64,000 nt of DNA from Adineta vaga. Taxonomy: Eukaryota; Animalia; Rotifera. The notes below the pieces were generated by a model, which was given only the letters and a program-made list of their open reading frames with translations, was not told the origin of the DNA and did no database searches. The DNA is taken from the NCBI GenBank assembly GCA_021613535.1, contig CP075492.1, forward strand, positions 5,890,001 to 5,954,000, read 5' to 3'. A program made the translations under genes and the position numbers. Shown in pieces: positions 37,464 to 49,857 of this stretch; position 1 is the first letter of the stretch; every line of letters begins with the position of its first letter.

Positions 37464-38513
37464 CTACAATATTGGCAAAGGTACACATTGTAAAGCATTT
37501 GTTTGTCCTGAAAAAGATTGTCCTTGTGTATTAACTATATATGGTGATTGATTTGCATCGAGTGATAATACTAATGGTGTCGAACCATTGTAGACAAGCG
37601 GCGCTTGTTGAATATTAGTCGATGGAAGAGATATAATTTGTGGTTGAGAAGAATTACATGCATTGGCTTGACCAAGATAAATTGGAGTTGCAACATTCGT
37701 TTGTATTGAATTAGCAAGTGTTTCAGGAACACCATATTGAGCAAGAAAACTATGAGGATCATGTGCACCTGTTCTGAGCACATCTCGAAATGCGCCAACA
37801 AATTCAGGAAAATCAATAAAACCATCACGATTGCGATCGATAGCAACAAAGATATTTTCAATAGCTCGATCAATATTTTCATTATTAGCATCGAGAAGTG
37901 CCTCACGTAATAGTTGACGAAACACAACACGATCGATTTTATTTGCTCCACCACGTGTTAAATTTAAATATTCTCGATGAAGAAGCGCAACATCAGCTGG
38001 ATTCAATCCAGATATATTAGCAACAGCAGCATAGTCGGAATCTCGATAACCAGCAGGACCAAATGGATTTGTTGGCTGATAGGGATAAGCAGCATTTCCA
38101 GCTAATCGTTGTAGAATAGGACTTGGTGGTGGATATGCAGGTGGTGCATATGAAGGCGGTGGAGTAATGCTACGACCACCTCCATAGGGCATTGGTGGTG
38201 GTTGTGATGGTGGATAAGGACTACCATAGGATGGTCCTGATGCATTGACAATAGGAGGACCACTGTAGGATCGTGGACTTGGTGCACGCCCTTGTTGCAT
38301 TTGAGATTGAAAATTTTGAATTGTTCGTTGAGCATCTTCATATTGTCGAAGTTGTTTACGATTGAGTGTTGACGGACCACCAATACCACTCATGACTGGA
38401 CTAGCTGGTCTTGGTGGTGGTAATAGAATACCTGTCGGTGGATATTGCGGATATTGTGGCAATTGTGGAAAAGCAACATTCGGCTGTTTACGACGTGATG
38501 AACCTCCACCCAT
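37464..38513 (-). CDS. N-myristoylated Pro-rich EF-hand protein (NCS/recoverin-like N-lobe), intronless CDS
   Basis: MGGGSS start, Pro/Tyr-rich region, and a canonical EF loop DRNRDGFIDFPEF preceded by a degenerate EF hand. Confidence 0.78.
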   Translation of the reverse strand: MGGGSSRRKQPNVAFPQLPQYPQYPPTGILLPPPRPASPVMSGIGGPSTLNRKQLRQYEDAQRTIQNFQSQMQQGRAPSPRSYSGPPIVNASGPSYGSPYPPSQPPPMPYGGGRSITPPPSYAPPAYPPPSPILQRLAGNAAYPYQPTNPFGPAGYRDSDYAAVANISGLNPADVALLHREYLNLTRGGANKIDRVVFRQLLREALLDANNENIDRAIENIFVAIDRNRDGFIDFPEFVGAFRDVLRTGAHDPHSFLAQYGVPETLANSIQTNVATPIYLGQANACNSSQPQIISLPSTNIQQAPLVYNGSTPLVLSLDANQSPYIVNTQGQSFSGQTNALQCVPLPIL

Positions 38514-39456
38514 TGATTATTTTAGTTCTGATTTGAACACGTTAGTAATCAACTTCTATCAAGGGTGAAGGTACCCTGTATACAGTAATAATCAGAACAG
38601 AGGAAGAGAGAAAAAATGATCGTTTCACTTGACTGAATATCATATCGATATATACAAATATGCAAAGTCTGTCTTTGCTTCAGCTGTCAAGGTTTAAATT
38701 GACACGTATATACGTATTTCACGTAGCACAAAAACCATGACCTTCTCTTTTTATGATTAATAACTATAACCAAAATGAACAAAAGAAAAAATGTATCCTT
38801 GTATATGCAAAAACCTTTTTGCCTTTTGCAAAGTATCTTTTGAGATCTCGAAAACAGTTTCTTCATCTGATTCTTTTTGGGTTTTTTTTTATTCGAACTT
38901 TGTTCTTACACGAATCGAATATCCAGCCAAAGACAAGAAGAAAATGTTTTTGTGAAGAACAGAAGGAGCAGAAGAAACGAAAGGGTTTTTAGAAGCGTAT
39001 CCGTGTGTGTATAGATATATGCTCGTTTATAAACAAGATCAACAAAAAGCAAAACGAACGAAGAAGAAGAAGAAGAAAAAAGAATACTGTGTTTTAGTAA
39101 ATATCCAAAAAACCGGTGAATATCAAACAACAATAACAATAACAAACAAGATCTTTGTTTTGAATGACATCAAAAGAAAAGAAAAATCAACGTTCAAAAA
39201 GAAAATATCTGAGATGATGATGCTCGATAAAACAACAAAAAATAATTCATAGGGAAAAACAACGTTTTATTTTTGTGTACTCATATCTTTGCATCACACA
39301 GATATATATGTATAAATATGTCTGAGATAGAAAGTTAACAAAAAAAACGAGCAAAACATACATATACACACACACACACACTCACGTTTATTAAAGGAAC
39401 TGACGGGGGGAAGACAAAACTGTACAGTATGTTAGCTTTGAATATGATTGGTTTGT

Positions 39457-41326
39457 CTATTGACGATTATAATTGGCCGGAGGTGCCGTCTCAGACGAGA
39501 AATGATCATAACCAGTTGGTGCTTGGTATGCAAATGCATTAGGTTGACCTGTTGATGTTTCGGCACCGTAATTATATTGATTTGCTGGACCTTGGGAGTT
39601 CTGTGCTTGATTGTAATTCCAACCTGGATAGGAATATTGTGCCGAACTGGAATTTGCAGCTTGTGTATTATTTGAATTACCTGATTGAGATCGTCCTTGC
39701 CCATAAGAATTACCTTGAGGATGTGGACCAACTTGCCAAGTTGCATTGGAAGCTGATGCTGATGATGGACCATAAGAACCATAGGAACGAGGATCAGCTG
39801 AAATGAAACAAAAGATGATATGAATAGAGAGAAACATGAAGTTATTTTTTACCATAGTTAGGATTTTGCCATTGTGCAGGGCTTAATGGTGACCATGCTT
39901 GATTATTTGTTTGTAATTGTTGTCGATTAGATTGTGAACGATTTTGTCCTTGTTGATTTGTTTGTTGACTAGAGAAGAATTTTTTATTTATGAAAGAACT
40001 AATGGATAGATGTATTTTACTTATAAAATGGATAATGTTGTTGTTGAGCAGCTAATGCTACTTGTTGATATTGCAATTGTTGTTGTGATCGTTGTTCTAA
40101 ATGACAGACTTATGTTGAGAAAGGAAAAAGAAAATTTTTTCCACAGATTTTTATTTACGTGGTTGATATTGAAAAAGATTTTGATTCAAACCTGGCATAT
40201 TGTAATGTGTTAATGCTTGTTGTTGTTGCATCATATTATTTGTTTGTTGATTATTTTCCAAATTTTTTGGATTTGCATGTTTACAATCGATTGATTTACC
40301 TCCTAATGTATGTCGAGGTTGTTTTAGTACTTCTTCGGCACTTTGTTCGTTTTCAAAAAGTATGAAACAAAATGGACGACGTTTTTGTTTGACTTTATCG
40401 ATGGGTGCTTCTATTTGAGCGATCTAAAGAAAAGAAAAATGATTACTTTTTTCTCTTCAAATCTTTAAATCTTTAATAGATGATTTTACATTTCCAAATT
40501 GGGAGAAATATTCGCTTAATTCTGCATCTGTTATTTCTGTATCTAAGCCACCAACAAAAACTTTACGAGCCAATGCTTGATCACGACGATGTGCAGATTT
40601 CGTATCAACACGTTTGCCTTGAATAATATGTGCTTCTTGTGCATAAACCTTCGAGAAAAATTCATTGACTATATATATTTTTTTCTTTTATAATTGAATT
40701 ACTTTGTTAGGTGTATCGGGATCTTCAAAAAGAACAAAACCAAAACCTTTTGAACGACCAAATTTATCGTATTTAACAGTTGCATTTTCGACAGCTCCAA
40801 AATTGGAAAAATAATCACGAAGATGTTCTAAAAGCAATTTTATATGTAAGATTTCATACAAGAAAAATATGTATCTTACCCATCTTCGTATCAGGACTCA
40901 GACCACCAACAAAGACTTTTCTTTTACTAAACAACTCTCATACAATTAATTTGATAGAAAAAAAACGAAATATTATCTTTACTTGACAGAATCATTCGTC
41001 GCATTATCAACTCCATTATTATTATTTTGTCGACGTTGCTGTTGTTGATGCATCGATGAACCATTATATGTAACATATTTCTGCGGTGGTAACATTGGTC
41101 TCATATAACCATTGTTACTATTTAAATATTTCGCCGGTGGACCTGAATAGATTGTTCCTGTAATTGGTGATGCTGTAGCTTGCTGTTGATTTTGTTGTTG
41201 TTTCATTGCAAACATTTGCATTTGATTTTCAAACCCATGTCCAAGATTATCTGCACTTGGACGTGCAGCTTGAAAACCTGGGTTATTATTGTTTGTTGAT
41301 GATGAAACACCTTGATCGGTCGACAT
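39457..41326 (-). CDS. hnRNP A/B/D-Musashi-like protein with two RRMs and a Q/N/Y/G-rich tail
   Basis: KVFVGGLSPDT, RSKGFGFVLF, RKVFVGGLDT and RRPFCFILF across exons; low-complexity tail ending NYNRQ*. Confidence 0.82.
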
Positions 41327-42185
41327 TCAGATACGATAAATAGTTACACACACGAACAAACAAAGTGAACACAAAGAAGAAAAGAACGAGAAGGTAGAAA
41401 AAAGAAAGAACAAGATTTGTGAACAAACGAAACACACACGAAAAAAAAGAAAAAGCAACTATGTAAGTCCTAAAAAAACAAACAAAAAGTTTAAAGAAAA
41501 AAGAGAAAAAAAATCGATCAAGATAAATAGATAAACAAAGAAAATATAACCAATCCTCTACGATTACACACTTATGCACTTTAAAAGACGTTGTTTTGTC
41601 TACTAACTACTGCAGATGGAACTTGAATATGGTGTACCGCAATGATAAGGTAATATTTGTATATAGACTATCCGTTCCGGTAGAGTGATATACAAGTGAC
41701 AAAACAACAAACAAATATTGTTGCTTAGAAAGAAAAATACATAAATAATAGTGCAAAAAACTATAGACTTGGATGGTGTGTCTATCATTCTTATTTCATA
41801 ATACATAAGAAAGTTGTTCACAAATACACATTGATGAACATTTCGTAAACTGTTTAACTTTCGAGTTTAATAATGTTTGTGGAACTTGTATCAATTGTTC
41901 ATGATTACAAATACCTGAGAAATGCCAAAATACTTAACAGAATCAATAGTCTTTCTGTAAGTTTCTGAAAAAAATTATATTTCAATCCTTGAATTGTGTC
42001 GATTGTATGTGAAGAACACAGACATTTTAGAACAGCAGCAAACAATGGTGTGGGTGTGAGTTAACAAGAGATCTACATCCTCAGCAGAAATTGCTTTATT
42101 ATCGAAAATTTTTACAATATTGTACATTGAAATTATTAATGATACTAAATCTATAGAATAGAATTTTAAATGACGATATTTATTG

Positions 42186-43220
42186 TTACAGTTGAGCTTC
42201 TATATGAATAATATACTTTTGGAATAAAGTTTCTTCAACACTTTTTATACGAAAAGTAGTACCGGCTGGAATTAACACTTCTTCTTCTACACTAAAGTGG
42301 GAAAGGTGCGAAATACTACAGCCGCGTACTCCACTGACTTTAACATTGGCAATATGAATGATAAAGAGTGTGTTTGTGCTATATAACTCGGCCACATCAC
42401 GTTTGCGGCTTGTTGATGTAAATGACAGCCATGTCTGCCAATGTCCTATAGAGCGTTTGTACATCTGAATATCTGCATATGACAAATTCACGCCTCGAAA
42501 TACTTCCCCGTAGAATCCTTTGTCGCTTCGTGAATATTTGAGAAGAAAGTAGCAGAATGGACCAAGTGTTTCTAATTTTGTACGATCACAGTCACGTACT
42601 GCTGTGTTCAATGCAGCATAAAGGAAACTATCGCATGTATAAAAACCAATGCAGATTTTGGGCACTTCTTGCGGAAGATTAGGTAGTCCTTTACAAGCAC
42701 GAATCTTTTCGGCCATATATGCTGCTATAGCTTTACTGTTGTTGTGATGTAAAAGAGCTTCTCGTTCGATACCTTTAGCACATTCTTCAGTACATATTGA
42801 CACGTCAATGAAAGCTCGACTACCGGACGATGTCTTCAACCATTCATTCAAAAAAGGACACCAAGCGTCAGGCGCTCCGAAAGACACAGATCTAATATCC
42901 GAAGATATTGTTGCAATATTTGAAGAGAATCGATGTTCCCGCTTACACATCTGTTGACTATCTCCTAGTTGACGTTTAACAGGTCGTTGCTTTGATTCGT
43001 CAGTGAGATCTACTTGAATCAAATGTTCAAAATCAATTCTATATTCATCCAGAGCTACACCTGTCCTTTTCTGCTGGAAAGCTTCTTCGATAATTTTAGT
43101 TTCAATATCTCCATATTTAGTCCAATCAGATAAAGATGATTCATTATTCTGTATATTTGGCCACGGATTGACATTTGACTTGAAATACCAGAAGACGACT
43201 TCGTTTTTCTCTATTTCCAT
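42186..43220 (-). CDS. WWE domain plus NAD:arginine-type ADP-ribosyltransferase
   Basis: WWE: WYFKS...WTKYGDIETKIIEEAF...YRIDF...QRPVKR. ART: YTCDSFLYAALN, VFRG, SFTSTS, EEEVLIP (R-STS-ExE intact). Likely ATG at 43220. Confidence 0.88.
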   Translation of the reverse strand: MEIEKNEVVFWYFKSNVNPWPNIQNNESSLSDWTKYGDIETKIIEEAFQQKRTGVALDEYRIDFEHLIQVDLTDESKQRPVKRQLGDSQQMCKREHRFSSNIATISSDIRSVSFGAPDAWCPFLNEWLKTSSGSRAFIDVSICTEECAKGIEREALLHHNNSKAIAAYMAEKIRACKGLPNLPQEVPKICIGFYTCDSFLYAALNTAVRDCDRTKLETLGPFCYFLLKYSRSDKGFYGEVFRGVNLSYADIQMYKRSIGHWQTWLSFTSTSRKRDVAELYSTNTLFIIHIANVKVSGVRGCSISHLSHFSVEEEVLIPAGTTFRIKSVEETLFQKYIIHIEAQL

Positions 43221-43464
43221 TAGTTGTATCCGTACCGATGATAAAGAATCTATTTCAAAAAAGAAGAAAGGTATGAGAACAAGAATCAGCATACAAATTC
43301 GATATTCATGTCAAAATCTACAAAGTTTTTTTTGAAACATTTGCGCATTTTGAATAGACGAATCCTTACTAATATTCAGTCAATCAAACTTTTTTTCCGA
43401 CAGCGAGATCGTTAATCAAAAAAAAAAATACTCACACGAATACTCTCATTCAAAATATATTAAA

Positions 43465-43737
43465 ATGAATAATACATGCAGTTTCAAATACATCAGTTTA
43501 CGTACTCAACTTCCAGTTCAAGCTAAAGGCATCGAACGAACACTAAACTATTTGAAAGCTGAATTCAATGTGAACTGCATTGAATTACCTAGTGCTAGAT
43601 ACTATCAAACAATTGGACCTGGACCGGAATTATTTGCTGTTATTGATACTGTTGTCTTCTATCAAGTGGACAGTCACTGGTATTCATACCGAACTGCCAC
43701 TGATATTGAATATGGAATGATGAATTTTGATCAATAA
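43465..43737 (+). CDS. Hypothetical 90-aa protein or gene fragment
   Basis: ATG-initiated ORF with ordinary globular composition and AATAAA at the stop; no family recognised. Confidence 0.3.
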   Translation: MNNTCSFKYISLRTQLPVQAKGIERTLNYLKAEFNVNCIELPSARYYQTIGPGPELFAVIDTVVFYQVDSHWYSYRTATDIEYGMMNFDQ

Positions 43738-44151
43738 AATAAAGTGACACCCTAACGAGCCTTTTTTTTGAAAAAAAGAAATTGTTCAGCATAATTGATG
43801 TGTGCTAATTCAAGATTGAGAACATTAAGATAAGGAAATATAATTAACGTAAGCGAATGATTTTTATATTTTGATGATTTATCATTCTGAAACGATAATA
43901 TTTGAAAATGAATAAATATGAAATCGATCTCTAATTTTCATTGTTTTAGCATTAGAATATGAATCGATTTGCTGCTATTATCTATAGATAAAACTACGTT
44001 GAATATTGTATTGCTGTTTCTGACAGGAATAGGTGATTGAAGCCATTTCTCGAACTCGTCCATCTCTCCTATGTTCACTTTAGATGTATCATTATGTACA
44101 AACGTACGTATCGCTGAACATTTCAAAAACTTTGTTCTTCTATTTTAATCA

Positions 44152-45682
44152 TTAGATTTTTGTCAATAGCGAACAGCCATATTCGGAAAAATGAAAATTT
44201 CCATAAATTTGTTCTCCACATACAAAACAAAAATTAGTTTCACATTTTCCACAAAACAAACTATTTTTTGTTCCAATTTTCACATGTGCCTCTCGACAAT
44301 CTTTTTTTGGACATAATTGAACTCGTTTAGCAATATCTGTTTCAATGGCTTTTCCACTTGAATCATAGAAAACTCGTGCAACTTGTTCATTCAATTCAGG
44401 TGTAAGTATTGCACCGGCTTTTTCAGGTTTTCTTTCACATGGATGTGGAACATAAGCACGTCCGTACCATCCACATTCCCAACAGAAATGTACTTGACAT
44501 GCTCGACAATGCATGTGTTGGCAGCCACCATTCTTTTCAATTCGAACAGTACATGCTGGGCAAGGTTTGGAACAACGTTCAATCGTTTGAATATTCGAAA
44601 TTTCTAGTAGTAGTTTCTTAATTTCAATTGGATTTCGAAATGTCGATTCATCTTTAGGATCTTGCATCAATTTCTCAAATAGTTTCTGTTTTGGACATTC
44701 CAATTGTGGATGCCAACATTCTTGACAACGACGACAGAATGTAAATTCACAATGAGAACATTCAGCAAAAGATGAATGATTGCCTGAAGTACTTTCTGAT
44801 GGTATACATATAATCGAATGATTACAACGTGGACACCATACCATATCAACAGTTTGTTCTAATAAACGCTGTTGATATTTCAATAATAATTTATCATCAG
44901 AAAACATTCGACGAAGTTCAGAAAGAAATAACGTCGAATTACAATCATAACAATTGATTTGTTTGATTTGATGATTATTATTTAGACATTGTTTTGCATG
45001 AGAATTCAAACAAGATAAACATGCGTAATGATGACATTTTTCAAATTGTAAACAATTCTTTGCATCTTCATCTTGTAAACTGCAAACAATCCATAGAATA
45101 TCAACTCAATTTCGCAATGTCTTATCAATACACTTACCATATTGGACATGTATGAATATTTTGATCGAATTCATGTTGATCTTGCATTCGATTATATTCA
45201 ATTAATTGTTCATAGATTCGTTTTGATCCAATTTTGTCATAGTTTGTTTCAAATCGTTTATCAGTGATTGACGATAGAGTCGAACAAAGGATCAAGCGAT
45301 CTGATAGGCTGTAGACATATTCTTTTAATAATTCAATCCAGGTATAAACAATGACTTCACCAGATTGCCATTTAGCATCTATTTGATTTGTTAAGAAAGT
45401 TAATTGATCAGACGTTAAATAATCACAAAGTATACAATAAATTGGTGGATCTATTTGTGGATAGGTTTGTTTATAAGTGAGACGAAGAGTTATAGGCGGT
45501 AGATGTGAAATTTCAGTTGATATATTTGATAGCTGATGAATAAGAATGGTTTTATTTGGTAAAAAGTCAAAGCGAATAATCAAATCGAAGATGGGTAACT
45601 CATCATCATTACTCAACAGCACAAAATCTTCGTTGAAGATTGATTTTAAGACCGACAATTCTTCTTCAGATGCCGCATTCAT
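44152..45682 (-). CDS. RNF14: RBR E3 ubiquitin ligase, RNF14-like (RWD-RING1-IBR-Rcat plus extra IBR-like domain)
   Basis: RWD (EELSVLKSIF, HLPPITL...YP), CPIC split by one intron (~45080-45137), IBR WCPRC, and Rcat KPCPAC...EKNGGCQHMHC with the catalytic Cys. Confidence 0.82.
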
Positions 45683-46016
45683 CCTCTTTTTCTATCACGT
45701 CTAGGTAATAGTTGTATCTTTATATAGCTATGCAAAAGTGAAATTGCATAGAAATTTCGCAATAACGAACAATGATTCATCATCACAATGTTTTTTTTTT
45801 ATTTTGACCATAAACAGCAGCATATAAAAAAAAGAAAAGAAAGCGTGTAATAGAGAATTTCACACAACAAGCAAAATGATGTTCATGTCGGCGCAACAAT
45901 AATAAAAGAATAAAACGAATAGACAAACAGACAGAGAGAAAGAGAGAAAGAGAAGAAAAATGGATTTAAACTAAGTCATGAAAACTGACTGGAATTGTAT
46001 ATTTTATTTGACCATT

Positions 46017-47530
46017 TTATAAATCCTCTTCGTCATGGCCATGCGGTTGCTTGGTATCTTCAGCATCGGTATCGTCATCGTCATGAGTAGATGGTTTCTT
46101 AGCAGCTTCTTCTAAAGAGAGAAAGAGAGAGGAATTCAATAAGTACATCTTTTCATTTTTTGATTCAACTAACCAGCTTCTTGTTTCTTTCTTTGATCTT
46201 CCATTGTTTTTCGTTCGGCTTCATCTAAACTATCTTTCATTTTCTTTTCAGCATCTTTTGTTTTACCCCATGTTTCTTTGCCGAATTCTTCAGCACTTTG
46301 AACACTATCTGAGATAATAACATTATCAAAGATAGTGCCAGATTTGACTTGCCATAAATCAAAACCAATGACACCTAAATCTTTAAATAAATAAAGATTT
46401 GGATCGTCTTCATAGTCAGGATTATCAATTTCTGGATGAACCCATGGACCTTTATAAGCTGGATTATCAATTTGACGAGCTTTCCATACACCTTTGTATT
46501 CAGGATTATCAACTGAAGGTGGTTCCCATGCACCATCGATTTCATCATCCCAATCTTCTGGTTTTTTTGCATCTGGATCTGGAATGTGTTCTGGTTTGTC
46601 CCAATCTATAAAGAACACATGTCAATATCAATAGAAGGTTTCTTTTTTTCTCTTGAAAAGCTTACCTTCTGGTTTCTTATCATTGACATCATCCATTTTT
46701 TGTTCATCAACCCAATCCGATGGTTTTTTAGCATTAGGATCTGGAATACGTCGTGGAACGGTAAAATCCCAATCTTCTTCAAGTTTTCCACTTTCAACTT
46801 TTTCATTATCAATACGAACTTCATAAGTATTGTCCGAATTGAGAATTAACGTATATAAATGTGTAAATTGATCATCTTTACATTTGATATCCTTTTTAAT
46901 TAATAAATTTTTGCCTTTGTATGTAAAAATGACATGAACTTTCTTTTTGTCATGACCACAAATATCAGGACCTAAAAGATATGAATGATGAGAAGAAAAC
47001 AAAATTTGAACAATTCTTTACCGAACATAATATGATATGGTGAATCACCGGTAAGTTCTTTTTGATCGGTACCTGCTGGATAAACCTTAACATAACCACC
47101 ACCACAATCAATTTGTTGTTCATGTTTCACAGTAAATTGAATAACAAGTGTTTTTCCTTCATTGGAAAACTTATCAAAACTAGCAGAAATAGCATAAAAA
47201 CGAGCATCCTGAGATGTTTGAAGACCTTGAAAAAAAACATACAACAAATATTAAGTTAAAAGGTTTTTTTCTAACAACTTACCGAGATCTTTCTTAGCAT
47301 CGCCATAAAATTTACCATGAGATAATTTAAATTCACCTAAGTCCGATTTAGCTGTTGATTTTATCCATCGATTTTTATAACTTTCATCTATATGAAACGA
47401 ATAATTTGAAGTTTTTGTTTAGTCAAAAACTTAGAAGAACTTTACCTTCAAATTTCTCAACAAAATAATCTGTTGAATAAACAGAGACAAATAAGGCGAG
47501 TAAAAGCAATGAGTTAGTTAAACGAATCAT
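46017..47530 (-). CDS. CALR: Calreticulin
   Basis: Signal peptide, GLQTSQDARFYA, KHEQQIDCGGGYVK, IMFGPDICG, P-domain repeats IPDPDAKKPEDWD, DLWQVKSGTIFDN; ends HDEEDL*. Confidence 0.96.
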
Positions 47531-47633
47531 GATGCTAAAAAGAAAAGAAATGAATGAATAGTTCTTTTTTTTGGTCCATTTTTATTTTATCGAGAAGAGA
47601 GAAGCAACAACGGAGCATAGGGTGTGTTCGAAT

Positions 47634-47681
47634 GATTGGTTAGAATAAATTTATCTTAACCAATCCATATGCAACGTGTGG
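47634..47681. promoter_or_regulatory. Possible ER-stress element (two CCAAT boxes and an ACGTG core) upstream of calreticulin
   Basis: ATTGG at ~47635, CCAAT at 47660 and GCAACGTGTGG at 47671-47681. Not an exact CCAAT-N9-CCACG match. Confidence 0.35.
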
Positions 47682-47864
47682 AGTAAGAAATATCGATTGA
47701 AGATTAGATAGCAAACCTTATAAAGATAAAGAAAAACGAAAGAATGAAATTTCATATTAAACTGATATTCAAAATAATTACTTTGAAAAATTCATTCTTT
47801 TATACAACGACATCTTTACCAGATGGTGTAGTTTAGTTTTCTTTTCTAATTTAATTTAATTTTC

Positions 47865-49857
47865 ATGACAAACGACGATATGCAGCAAGAAGAAGAAGAA
47901 CAACAACAAAGAAGAAGTAATGAAGAGAATTTATTAACAAGATATATCTATAATGAAGATTTGTATAATCAAACTGATGAACATGGAATTGATATAATTA
48001 CACTTCGATATACACTTTTGTAAGAGAATGAATTCATATGAGAAGTGACTATAGAGAACAAAACAATCTGCCGTCCATTATTTCAATTTCTCTGATAACT
48101 GTTAATGAAAATCTATCGTATTTGTATTTTATGAATGTAGAAGTTTGAAGAAATTTTCATTGAAAAAAAACAATGTGTAATTATCGTGAATGTTCGTCTG
48201 TCAGCTTGAATACAGCACAATTTAGTAATGCGAAAAAAAGGGTGTTTCTTTTTTTTCTTCTTCTTGAGAATAATGTTTTTTTAATGACTTTTAGTCAATG
48301 TCGTAAACAAGTTCTATTTGCAATCAAATCTCTACTCGATACAGAATTTGCTTGTAAGTGAACATTACATTTTTAAAGTGGGAAATACAATTTCATTCGA
48401 TTCGTTAGATAGCAAAATTGAATTACGAGAAGATTTTGATAAATTGAAAAATCAGTATAATAACGCAAAGATTGAATATGATCTATTAAAAACTAATTTT
48501 GATGATATAATTGATCAATGCAAGTAAGATAACTTCTTGTAAGTATAATATTGAATTACAAATTTTATGAAAATAGAATTCTAATTCAACAAACAAGTGA
48601 TATTCTTACTGAACGAAATGATTATTATTCCGAATGGGAATATGCAAAGGCTATTCTGACCCCACGGTATTTTGAAAAAAAAATCTTGAGATTTTAATAT
48701 ATGTCTCTGAATTGAATATTCATACAGACCGGATTGGGATAAATGTTCTCGTCTGGTAATCAATTGGCGAACTCTTTCAATGGGAAAAACAAGTGATGAA
48801 TTAGTTGATGTATGCATCAATGAGATAATTTGTGGAAATACAGAAGAAAATCATGAAGAATATCTACCGATAATTTCGAATAATAATTTTGAAAAAGGAC
48901 AGATTTTAAATCGTCGTATGCGTCGTCGTATTACTGGTTTACTTATCAAAGAAATCTGGGATAATAAAGTATACTTCTATAATTGAATGTTTCTATCAAT
49001 GAACTCTTTTTCTTTTCAGCTTGGATTGAAATCGAATGTAAAACTAATTGATTATGTATTTAACTATTTAATTAAACGTTTTGATAATCGAGATATAGCA
49101 ATTGAAATGAATTCCAATCTTCAAGATGCATGTCATCGATACCGAAATCACTATGAAATAAATCTCTTCTGGCAAATAGTAATTGGACAAATGGAAGAAA
49201 ATATCTATCATCATGAAATGAAAGAATTTGCTCGTATACTTCAATATTTTATTAAAATATCTTCGAAAATATCCTTACCATCTGTTTGTAGTACATCATT
49301 TTCAATTCAATTCTTCTCTCAATATTCGTTTTAGTCATCTTGGACAATATCATGGGCAAATTTTTCTAAGATTCTTCATGAACTTTATCCAAATTGGTCA
49401 CAACAACGTTTGTCATCATTGATTCAAGCAGCTCAACAAGATATTCAAGAATTCTACATAGAAAAGAATGATTTACAATTTATGTTATTGTTTATGGAAG
49501 ATGATGAAGGTCACATTGGACATTTTCTTTTAACAATTCGTGAATTATTAAATCTAGACAAAATGGAATATATTGAAAAAATCAAAGATTTATTAATTGG
49601 ACATCCGTATGTTAAATTGAAAGGAACGAACTTTAAGCAATCGATTCTTTTTCTTTCATAGATTAGTATCGACCAATCAATTTAAACAGGTTGTATATCT
49701 TGTGGATCCGAATATATCGAAGGAAGAACTTCAACGATATGTGAATTGGGTATTTAAATCAAAGAAATTGGTTTTTGAAGATAATAAAGAAATAAAATCA
49801 CGTGATTTCGAAGAAATTCTTCTTCGATTAGAATGTTGTTCATGTTTTATGCATTGA
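47865..49857 (+). CDS. TSNAXIP1: Translin-associated factor X-interacting protein 1-like (coiled coil)
   Basis: ILTP|RPDWDKC, W...GKTSDELVD, ILNRRMRRR...IKEIW, LQDACHRY, GQMEENIYH, LFMEDDEG..GHF and VDPNISKEEL across about nine exons. Confidence 0.68.

Noticed and set aside
43220-43292. Apparent signal peptide (MLILVLIPFFFF) on the WWE-ART
   Set aside because: It reads like a polypyrimidine tract ending in AG in a 5' intron, and WWE is an intracellular domain, so Met25 is the likelier start. Needs cDNA confirmation.
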